Of a DNA stretch of 43,076 bases, positions 10,435-17,808 are shown one piece after another (the first letter of the stretch is position 1; the number at the start of each line of letters is the position of its first letter). Origin of the DNA: an uncultured Streptomycetaceae bacterium (GTDB lineage: Bacteria > Pseudomonadota > Gammaproteobacteria > Burkholderiales > SG8-41). The notes under the pieces were generated by a model. It made no database searches, had not been told where the DNA came from, and worked only from the letters and a program-made list of their open reading frames with translations. The stretch covers positions 1 through 43,076 of the forward strand of contig CAZCGD010000566.1 in assembly GCA_964498105.1 (NCBI GenBank), read 5' to 3'. Made by a program: the position numbers and the translations under genes.

Positions 10435-10961
10435 CAGAAGCACCTCTCCTGCTTCTGCACCGGCCGGCCGCTCAAATCGATGGTGATGCAGCGCGCATGC
10501 TGAACCTGGCCGCCGTTCGCCATGAGGCTGATCGAGGTCCCGCCGGTGGTGACGCGCCCGGCGCCGTTGAAGGTCACGCTCCCCGGACCGGAGATGATGA
10601 CCTTGGGCGTCCGGTCCTGGCGTCTCACCACCTCGCCGCTGGCATCGGAAATGGTCCAGCCGTCGGACCAGTTTCCTCCGCTGGGGGCTATGGTGACCGT
10701 GGTATTGCGGGTGACCGCTTCGCTGCGCGCCAGTACCAGACCCGCGAACACGTCGAAGCTCGCGGTTTTCACCCCCTGCGCCAGGATGATCTCGCGGAAG
10801 CTGGGGGTCGCGAGACCGATCAGGATCACCATCACCGACACGGTGACCATCGTCTCGGTGATCGTGAATCCGCGCGCGGTGGCCGGTGAGCGCCGGGCGC
10901 TGCGCCGCGCACTTGCCGGACGAGCCTGCTGTGGGCGCGAGTGGTACATCATGGCTACCAT
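10434..10961 (-). CDS. fimU: GspH-domain type IV minor pilin (FimT/FimU type, module 1)
   Basis: The sequence ...SPATARG|FTITETMVTVSVMVILIGLATPSF is followed by a GspH-like body (ARSEAV...VTI). The leader is unusually long (27-31 aa). There is no in-frame ATG/GTG/TTG nearer the cleavage site. Confidence 0.75.
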   Translation of the reverse strand: MVAMMYHSRPQQARPASARRSARRSPATARGFTITETMVTVSVMVILIGLATPSFREIILAQGVKTASFDVFAGLVLARSEAVTRNTTVTIAPSGGNWSDGWTISDASGEVVRRQDRTPKVIISGPGSVTFNGAGRVTTGGTSISLMANGGQVQHARCITIDLSGRPVQKQERCF

Positions 10962-11503
10962 CCCGCTTGCCCGTTGCGCGTCTTAGAGCCCTGGTGATCG
11001 AGCGAGAGCGCGCCATCCGGGATCTGCACCGAGCCCGTGATGGGGGTCGCGGTGATGGTGTAGGAGGGTGGCAGCGTGGGTGCTGCCGGACCGATCGTCA
11101 CGGTGTAGAACCTGGAGACGTCGACCGGCAACGCAAGATTGAGCGAGCCGATCGCGCCTGCTCCCGCGGCGTAGCTGCGCGCGTCGATCAGGTACTGCTG
11201 TTGGCGGGCGGCGACGTCGATCAAGAAGCTTTGGGCGGCGGCTCTGCGGCCCTTGCGCAGATGGTCCTGGTACGACGGATAGGCGATCGCCGCGAGTATG
11301 CCGACGATGGCCACCGCGATCATGAGCTCGATCAACGTGAATCCCGCCGCGGCGAGGCGCGCGCGCGCTGGACCGATTGCGGGCAGGGAAGACGTTGCGG
11401 AAGGAGATGCCGGTACTGCCGGAACGCGTGACGCCTCAGGGCGCTCGAGCCTTGACCATCTGCAGCAGGGTCGTGTCGACGGACTCCGTCGCTGTATTCT
11501 CAC
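10955..11503 (-). CDS. pilE: PilE-like type IV minor pilin (module 1); start codon unresolved
   Basis: The mature part is G|[40 protein letters not shown]..., PilE-like. The nearest in-frame canonical start is GTG 11503, which is preceded by GGGGGG. That gives a 54-aa leader. TTG 11545 is the start of the ORF-track call. Confidence 0.65.
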   Translation of the reverse strand: MRIQRRSPSTRPCCRWSRLERPEASRVPAVPASPSATSSLPAIGPARARLAAAGFTLIELMIAVAIVGILAAIAYPSYQDHLRKGRRAAAQSFLIDVAARQQQYLIDARSYAAGAGAIGSLNLALPVDVSRFYTVTIGPAAPTLPPSYTITATPITGSVQIPDGALSLDHQGSKTRNGQAGW

Positions 11504-11791
11504 GTCTGTCCCCCCGGACAAATATCTGGATCTCCGCAACCGCAAGAAGCATCGGTGTTTTCATGCTGTTTGCGGTTGCGAAATCAATCTAACAGAATGA
11601 CCCGGCGGAGCATGTTAATTACGGCACATCCAGGCAAAACTTTATGTGTTAAATACTTTACGAATCAAGGCGTAGGCGCAGGTATCTGACCGTGTTAACG
11701 GCGCGAGCAAGCGACCGCCCTCCGCCTCATGTTTCGGGCGTTGCGGAGGCAGTGGTCTAACCGCTGCTGAAGGGGTTCGGCTGACGCCGAT

Positions 11792-12343
11792 TCAGTCCGG
11801 TATCCTGCCGCACGGCAATCCCTTGCCGTAGCCGAATTCCACCAGCATGTAGCTCTTCACGGGGCCCTCCCTGGCGAGGGCCGGCTGGAACTTGAGCCCG
11901 GCCACGCTTTCCAGCGCGCTGCGTTCGAACGGCGGCGCGGCGCACACCACGTCGGTCTGCTCCAGCACTCCCTGCTCGTTGATCAGCAACTGCAGGAGGA
12001 CTGCGCCGTTTTTCTGGCTGAACTCTCCAGTGGGGTAGCGCAGTCTGGGCTCTTCCAGGGGTCGGCCCCGGGCCTTCAGCCGCGGCGAGCTGAAATGGAT
12101 GTAGCGCACGCCGCCGACTTCGATGTATTCCTCCTCGTTCTTGTACGGCTTGCTGTCCGTCAGCATCAGCACGCGGACTCTCACTTCGCTGGAACGCGCC
12201 GCCCGCGTCGGCGGCTCCTTCCTGGAAGTCGAGGCCTGCGCGAGGTGCGTGGCTGACACGGGTTCGGCGGAAGGCTGGGCGTGGCCCAGGCTGGTTGCCG
12301 CCAACGCAACCGCGGCGAGGATTCCGGACTTGTTTTTCAGCAT
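11792..12343 (-). CDS. Secreted protein with a TonB C-terminal-like domain
   Basis: ATG 12343 gives the signal peptide MLKNKSGILAAVALAATSLGHAQ. The C-terminus RLRYPTGEFSQKNGAVLLQLLINEQGVLEQTDVVCAAPPFERSALESVAGLKFQPALAREGPVKSYMLVEF matches the TonB_C pattern (YP..a...G.V.l...i...G.v....V......F..aa..a....kF.PA...G.pV). There is no TM anchor and no Pro-rich spacer. Confidence 0.6.
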   Translation of the reverse strand: MLKNKSGILAAVALAATSLGHAQPSAEPVSATHLAQASTSRKEPPTRAARSSEVRVRVLMLTDSKPYKNEEEYIEVGGVRYIHFSSPRLKARGRPLEEPRLRYPTGEFSQKNGAVLLQLLINEQGVLEQTDVVCAAPPFERSALESVAGLKFQPALAREGPVKSYMLVEFGYGKGLPCGRIPD

Positions 12344-12372
12344 AGCGATCAATCTGACATCAGAACCGAAAC

Positions 12373-12399
12373 GGCGGCGGGCGTTCCGCGCCTGCCGCC
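12373..12399 (-). terminator. GC-rich hairpin between pilY1-2 and the TonB_C gene (possible attenuator or terminator)
   Basis: The stem is 11 bp with one G.T pair: ggcggcgggcg ttccg cgcctgccgcc. In RNA sense it is followed by GUUUCGGUUCU, which is only partly U-rich. Confidence 0.35.
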
Positions 12400-12413
12400 G
12401 GCCCGGTTATTAC

Positions 12414-15400
12414 TTACATCAACTCGCGCCAGGACACGCGCCGGCCGAGCGAGCCGCCCGATCCCGGGTTCACGCCGCCGGTCTTCTTCTGGCCGGTGAC
12501 GTCGATGCCGGTGTACTTTAACTGGCCGCTCGGCAGCCGGTAGACCACGAATCCGGCGGCGAGCGCCTGGCCCTGCAGTATCCCGACCACTCCGCCGGGC
12601 GCGGACGAGACGTACGATCCGGACCGGTAGTCGAACTGGTAGAAGAAACTGTTGCCGCCGCTGGAGCAGGCGTCGTCGTTGGGCTCGTTGGTCTCCACCA
12701 GCAGCACGCCGCGCACCAGCTGGATGTCGATGTTGACCCGCTCGCCCGGCGATTCGCTGGCCGGGTTGAAGTCCACGTACCAGCCGTTCTGCGTGCTCCA
12801 GGTGACGGAGTTGTTGCTTATCGTGCGGCTGGTCGAGTCGATCACGATCAGCGTTTGCTGCACCAGATTGGCGCCGGCGGAGCGGAGGATGCCGAGGTCG
12901 GTCCCGGTGTCCTTTATCGCGTACGTCGATTGCTGGTACGCCAGGTCGAGTGCCGGAATAAACGACGCCGGGTCCTGTAAATCGGACGAGCCGATGAAGC
13001 GTCCGGTCGCGACGTAGATCACGTTGAAGCCGGCATCGAAGCGCGTGATCTCGGGTTTCGTCGTGATGGACTGCGGCTTGGCGCCCGCGCCGACGCCGTC
13101 CATTGCCTGGCCGAGGCGCTGAGCGGTGACGCCGTCCGGAGCGGCGGCATTGGTGGACAGATCGAAGCGCCACACGTTGCCGAGCAGGTCTCCGCCGTAG
13201 ACGGTGGGCGTGGTGTTGTTCACCGCGAAGTTGGTTGCGAATCCGGCCATCTTGGCAAAGCCGCTCGGCGTCGTCGTGTTGCCCACGTTGGTGCCCGATA
13301 CCGCGGTGGCGGTCTTGCTGAGAATCGCGCCGGTGACCGCATCGAGCACGTAGAGATAGCCCCCGCCGTCGCCCGGAGCGACGTTGTTGTAGCCCGAGGA
13401 AACGATGACCACCCACTTGCCGTCGCTGGGCCGCTTGGTGATGGTCGCCTGACCGTAGGAGTAGCCGATGTCGGGATCGGAAATCGCGCACAGCGCCGGA
13501 TTCGAACAGATTTCCCACAGGGCCTTGACCCCGGTCGCGGTCGGGTCGGTGACGTCGAGCGCGTAGAAACCGCGCCCGCCGGCATTCAGCCCGCCCACCA
13601 GTATCGTCTTCCACGCGCCGCCGATGAATACGTCCATGGTGGTGGGCGAGCCGTCCACGAAGTAGCGGTGATTGGTGTCGTAATTGGTCGCCGCCAGCTT
13701 GTACAGCTCGGGCATCAGCATGCGCGGCACGTAGGTCCACAGCTCCTGTCCGCCGTCAGTAACAACCCCGGTTGCATCAACCGTGCCGCCGTGGAACGCG
13801 TGCAGCATGCCGTCATTGGCCGCGATCAACAGCACCTGCGGCCGGGTGGCAGCCGGTCCCGCCTTGAACGAGGGGTAATCGGGCGTTACCGCGTCGCCGT
13901 AGGCCAGGCTGGGCGGGGCGAGGAAGGCGGGCTTGGAGTTGACGGTATCGCCCATGATGTTATCGCGCCGGCGGAAGTAGCTGCCCTCGTGCTGCCGTTG
14001 CCCGCGCAGCCAGTTGACCAGGTTGTTCCCACTGTTGGCGATCGCCAGGTCGGTCGGCGACATCGCGCCGCACTGTGGCCAGATGAGGGGCGCGTCGGTG
14101 CACTGATCGTCGAACCACGCCGGCTCGGAACCCGCGAGCTTGCTGTAGAGGAAATCCTTGAGCCCGCGGCTCGCATCGGTGGGATCCAGGGTGAATATCG
14201 CCCTGGTGTCGGTCGCCGCTGCCGTTCTTGCGTTGAGCTGGGCGCCCGCCGTGCCCGCCGGCCACGCATTGCCGGCCACCACTGCGCCGGAGACCACGTC
14301 GATGCGTTCCGCAATGACCTCGCCGTCCCAGTTGACCGTGCGGTAGGTCGAGCTGTAGATGAAGTTGTTGGTCGGGGTGAGGTTCGGCGTGCTGGTCGCG
14401 GAGGACGCCGCGGCGCCGGTCGAGACCTTGATCGCGGCGAGCGCGGTAGTGAGCCCGCTCTGCAGCGAGTTCGGGTTTTTCGCGCTGAAATAGAGGCCGC
14501 GCCCGTTCACTGCGGCGTGCCACAGGTCGTCGAGCGCCGTGGGGGAATCGGCCACCGGCTGCGGCCAGTTGCAGGTGCCAGCGCCGCTGAAAGAGCAACC
14601 CGACGCGCCGGTGCGTATGTTGTCGAAATCGCTGTTGGTGCCCGTTGCCGTTTCGTAGTCGGAGCGGTAGTTCATCAGGCCGTCCAGCCCCAGGCCCAGC
14701 GTGAAGGTGACCATGTGCTGGTGCGACGCCGGGTCTTTCGGCGTCGTCGGCACGTTGTTCTTGGTGATCGAGAGCAGCCCCGTGGTGCGCAGGTCGTTCT
14801 TGTAGTAGTACATCGCCACGTCGGCGAGCGTGTTGCCAAAGCCGCCCGCGGTGGTGATAGTCGACGCGAGGCCGAGGGTGGTCGACGGGTTCGGAGTGAT
14901 CGTGACATCGGCGGTGGAAATCGTCGCCCCGGCCGTGCTCGGCGGGCCGAACGGGCCGGTCGCGGTCACCGTGGGGCCCGATCCCGTGAGCGAACTGTTG
15001 GTGCAGCCGCCGCCGGAATAGGTTGTAGTGACCCAGGTGCTGCCGTTAAGGCTGTAGTGATAGGCGTTGCTACCGCCGATGACGGCAGTTGCCGGCGAGA
15101 CGCCGTCGTAGGTCGTCACGGTCTCCGTCGCGCCGGTCTTCGTCTGCCGGATGTATTCCCTTCTGCTGCTGCTGCAAGTGCACGACCGGGACTGGCCATC
15201 GGCGAAGGTGACGCTGCTGGTGCCCGTGCAAACCCTTGTCTCCACCACGTCGACCGGCCTGGCGGTCTGCGATTGCAGCGCATCGCACGCCGTGATGTCC
15301 TGGAAGGTGTAGGTGGTGCCGGGCGTCGGGCTGGTGACGACATCGCGCGTTCTCTGTTTGATGCGCTTGAAGTTGTTCGAGCATCCGCAGTTGGTTTCCT

Positions 15401-17009
15401 GCGTGCCGGAAAAATTGGTGGTACTGTTACCGGTGCACACGACCTGCTCCAGCGTCCGATCCACGGTGCTGGGGACGCTCGTCTCCCCGAACCCGTCGAG
15501 CGTTCCGGTGGGGCGGCTGACGTAGGCCTCGGTCACGTTGTCCTGGTTGTCCATGTCGGTGGTGCCGTCCAACTTCTTGCCGCCGGAGCCGTTCCAGTAG
15601 CCGTCGGTGGTGAGCAGCGCGAAGTTCTGCTGGCAGCTGTACTGGATCGGGTCGTCCGGCATGAAACTGTTGATGCCATTGGTCTGGCCGGCGTAATGGC
15701 GCCCGACGCGGGACAGCGCCTGCCGCAGCGGCGTGCTGCTGGCCGGCGCCTGGCCGTAGAATTTGTCGTACCAGTTACCCTTGTGAACCGGCTCGAATTT
15801 GTCGATCTTGAGGTACTTCGTGCTGTCCGCGGCGTTGATGGTCACGAAGCCGATGCGGTAGCGGTCGTCCATGTCGGCGAACACGCGGCCGCCGGCGGTC
15901 TTCATGGTCTGCATGCGCGTGTGGTAGTAGGCGTGCCAGTTCGCGAAATTGGTCATTTCCTCGGTGTAGTCACAGACCGGCCGCGATGCGCAGTCCGTCC
16001 GGTTCGGGCGGCCGCTATAAGTCGTGACGGTGGATACGATGTCCGTGCGGACGAAGGTGCCGTAGCGCAGGTTCGTGTGCGAGCCGTCAAGTTTGGCCTG
16101 GCAACTGGCCGGGGAACCGCCGCTCACCACGGCGGTCTGGTTCGCGAGCGTGGCTGTCGTGCAATACCGGACCGCTGCTGGAATGGTGTTCACCCCGGTC
16201 GGCGTGGCCGACAGCACGCAGGTCGTCAGGTTGATGTCCGCGCAGTGCTCCCGCGGCAGGATCGTGTAGTAATACGGTCCGCCGAAACGCATCCTGATGT
16301 AGCGGAACGCCCCTGAGGCGGTCGAGATCGGCCAGCCGAAGCTGCCGTCGACGGGCGCCGTTGCGTTGCTGTAACGGAACGACGCGAGCAGCGTTGTGCC
16401 GGTGGTGTCGTAGCCATTGCGCCGGCAAGCCGTGTTGTCCGTGGCCGTTGAGTTGCTGGCAGTGCAGAACACCGGTTCAGGGAACAGGGTAGTCAGGTCA
16501 AACGTGTTGGTGCTGACGTAGGGATTGACCTTCACAGCGGTCCACGGCGAACCGAAGCCTGGCATCTCGGCGCCGGCCCGGTCCTTGCCCGGCTTGTAAG
16601 TGATCTGCGGGTTGTAGTAAATGGTGTTGAATTCGGCGGCGTACGCCGGAGGACCCACCGGCCACTCCTGCGCGGGGACGTGCCGGACGCTGTCCGTAGT
16701 CGGGGAGACTGTATTCGTGTTGCCGGAATCCAGTATACAGTTGGTGCTCGTCGCGCCGCCGCTACTGAGGACGTAGCTCTTGCAGGTATTCGAGCCGTTA
16801 ATGTTATCCGGCATGATGTAACGGCCCATGCTGCCCGAATCGTCGAGTATGAACATGAGATTGGGCAGCACCGTGGTCGAGGACGCGGTGCCGAGCGGCA
16901 CTGACGAGATATCGGTCTGCGCCGCGCCGGCGGGCACGGACGGCAACGCGAGCGTCGCCGACACAGCCAGCGCAAGGGAAACGAAGCGGACGGTTTTCAG
17001 GTGTTTCAT
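12414..17009 (-). CDS. pilY1: Large PilY1-family type IV pilus tip protein (module 2, 1531 aa)
   Basis: ATG 17009 is preceded by GGAGAG. The signal peptide is MKHLKTVRFVSLALAVSATLALPSVPAGAA. There is a vWA MIDAS motif LMFILDDSGSM plus FALLTTDGYWNG. The C-terminal PilY1 propeller signature is LLIAANDGMLHAFHGG...ELWTYVPRML...RYFVDGSPT...GFYALDVTDP...GDLLGNVWRFD. The ORF-track call of 1771 aa was trimmed. Confidence 0.85.
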   Translation of the reverse strand: MKHLKTVRFVSLALAVSATLALPSVPAGAAQTDISSVPLGTASSTTVLPNLMFILDDSGSMGRYIMPDNINGSNTCKSYVLSSGGATSTNCILDSGNTNTVSPTTDSVRHVPAQEWPVGPPAYAAEFNTIYYNPQITYKPGKDRAGAEMPGFGSPWTAVKVNPYVSTNTFDLTTLFPEPVFCTASNSTATDNTACRRNGYDTTGTTLLASFRYSNATAPVDGSFGWPISTASGAFRYIRMRFGGPYYYTILPREHCADINLTTCVLSATPTGVNTIPAAVRYCTTATLANQTAVVSGGSPASCQAKLDGSHTNLRYGTFVRTDIVSTVTTYSGRPNRTDCASRPVCDYTEEMTNFANWHAYYHTRMQTMKTAGGRVFADMDDRYRIGFVTINAADSTKYLKIDKFEPVHKGNWYDKFYGQAPASSTPLRQALSRVGRHYAGQTNGINSFMPDDPIQYSCQQNFALLTTDGYWNGSGGKKLDGTTDMDNQDNVTEAYVSRPTGTLDGFGETSVPSTVDRTLEQVVCTGNSTTNFSGTQETNCGCSNNFKRIKQRTRDVVTSPTPGTTYTFQDITACDALQSQTARPVDVVETRVCTGTSSVTFADGQSRSCTCSSSRREYIRQTKTGATETVTTYDGVSPATAVIGGSNAYHYSLNGSTWVTTTYSGGGCTNSSLTGSGPTVTATGPFGPPSTAGATISTADVTITPNPSTTLGLASTITTAGGFGNTLADVAMYYYKNDLRTTGLLSITKNNVPTTPKDPASHQHMVTFTLGLGLDGLMNYRSDYETATGTNSDFDNIRTGASGCSFSGAGTCNWPQPVADSPTALDDLWHAAVNGRGLYFSAKNPNSLQSGLTTALAAIKVSTGAAASSATSTPNLTPTNNFIYSSTYRTVNWDGEVIAERIDVVSGAVVAGNAWPAGTAGAQLNARTAAATDTRAIFTLDPTDASRGLKDFLYSKLAGSEPAWFDDQCTDAPLIWPQCGAMSPTDLAIANSGNNLVNWLRGQRQHEGSYFRRRDNIMGDTVNSKPAFLAPPSLAYGDAVTPDYPSFKAGPAATRPQVLLIAANDGMLHAFHGGTVDATGVVTDGGQELWTYVPRMLMPELYKLAATNYDTNHRYFVDGSPTTMDVFIGGAWKTILVGGLNAGGRGFYALDVTDPTATGVKALWEICSNPALCAISDPDIGYSYGQATITKRPSDGKWVVIVSSGYNNVAPGDGGGYLYVLDAVTGAILSKTATAVSGTNVGNTTTPSGFAKMAGFATNFAVNNTTPTVYGGDLLGNVWRFDLSTNAAAPDGVTAQRLGQAMDGVGAGAKPQSITTKPEITRFDAGFNVIYVATGRFIGSSDLQDPASFIPALDLAYQQSTYAIKDTGTDLGILRSAGANLVQQTLIVIDSTSRTISNNSVTWSTQNGWYVDFNPASESPGERVNIDIQLVRGVLLVETNEPNDDACSSGGNSFFYQFDYRSGSYVSSAPGGVVGILQGQALAAGFVVYRLPSGQLKYTGIDVTGQKKTGGVNPGSGGSLGRRVSWRELM

Positions 17010-17059
17010 GATGCTCTCCATGGGTATTCGGTGCGCGTTACACAGGATTTCAGAGCGTT

Positions 17060-17686
17060 TCATAGCGCGATTGCAACCATTGCCTGTATGTAGCTCACGC
17101 TGCTGCGCGGGCCCTGACTGCGCACGGTGATGCGGTAATACACCTTCGGGTCCTGCAGATAGCCCGGCGCGCCGACCGAGAAGCTTTCGCCCTCGCCCGG
17201 CGCCGGCGGCGTTGCCGCAGCGGCCGGGTTGTCCAGCGCGCACTGGTTGGATAGTCCGGTTGCCGCGCAGACGCCGTTGTACGGCACCTGGGGGCAATTG
17301 CACATGCGGTGGACCTGGTACGAGATCGTGTTGCCGGACGCGTCCGTGCCTACCGTGATCGAGGTGGCCCATGTCGCGGGGTTGGTCCAGACCGGACTGG
17401 CGATGCCGGAGTTGTAACCTTGGGGGGTATTGCTGATGCTCAGCACGGCCCGGTTCGCGAGCAGCCATTGATAAGCCACCTCGACGCCGTTGTCCGAGGA
17501 CTGGACCGTGCCCTGCTTGAAGGCGAGGTTGCCGGCGATCAGCGTCGCGGTGTCCACCGAGCGCATGATGGCGATGCCGGCCAGCGTCATCGCGACCAGG
17601 ACAATGAGGGCGATGAACAGCACCGCGCCAGATTGACGGTTCCGTGTTCCGGGTTCCGTGTTCCGAGTTGAACGCAACGCGTGCAT
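17060..17686 (-). CDS. pilX: Type IV minor pilin PilX (module 2)
   Basis: MHALRSTRNTEPGTRNRQSG|AVLFIALIVLVAMTLAGIAIMRS is a PilX-type N-terminus. This is the first ATG after the pilW-2 stop. The gene lies between pilW-2 and pilY1-2. Confidence 0.7.
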   Translation of the reverse strand: MHALRSTRNTEPGTRNRQSGAVLFIALIVLVAMTLAGIAIMRSVDTATLIAGNLAFKQGTVQSSDNGVEVAYQWLLANRAVLSISNTPQGYNSGIASPVWTNPATWATSITVGTDASGNTISYQVHRMCNCPQVPYNGVCAATGLSNQCALDNPAAAATPPAPGEGESFSVGAPGYLQDPKVYYRITVRSQGPRSSVSYIQAMVAIAL

Positions 17687-17800
17687 GACCAGACGCGGCG
17701 CGCTTGAGGTTCGGCTGCCCGGTGCGCATCCCGAACTGGCAACCCGGAGCCCCGAACTGGGGGAGTGGAACCCTGAACCCTGAACCCGGAACCCGGAACT
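17638..17800. repeat. Heptamer-array hairpin bracketing the pilX-2 start codon
   Basis: In RNA sense there are ten tandem heptamers of consensus GGTTCNG (17800 down to 17731). Four tandem NCGGAAC heptamers follow (17666 down to 17638) inside codons 7-16 of pilX-2. The two arrays are mutually complementary. Confidence 0.8.
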
Positions 17801-17808
17801 GAGGAATT

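Noticed and set aside
11546-11791. Promoter for pilus module 1 in the AT-rich spacer (for example TTGATT-N17-ATAAAG on the - strand)
   Set aside because: The hexamers are weak and several alternatives exist. Without TSS data any call would be a guess.
13668-16316. 882-aa ORF antisense to pilY1-2. Similar long antisense ORFs occur at 31745-33202, 34908-36695, 36916-38562, 39290-40525, 40846-41976 and 29166-30446.
   Set aside because: These are the same high-GC artefact. Each overlaps a gene with clear family motifs on the other strand and translates to low-complexity Arg/Gly/Ala-rich sequence.
12414-17729. Very long N-terminal extensions in the ORF-track calls for the pilus genes (12414-17729, 4810-8565, 8232-9551, 8795-10168, 9844-11016, 17060-17941, 19378-20019, 19925-20545)
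   Set aside because: The extensions overlap the upstream gene and are Arg/Pro-rich. They lack signal or prepilin logic. Starts were reset to the ATG or GTG that gives a signal peptide or a G|(F/M/A)xLxE prepilin motif, usually with an SD or a stop-start overlap.
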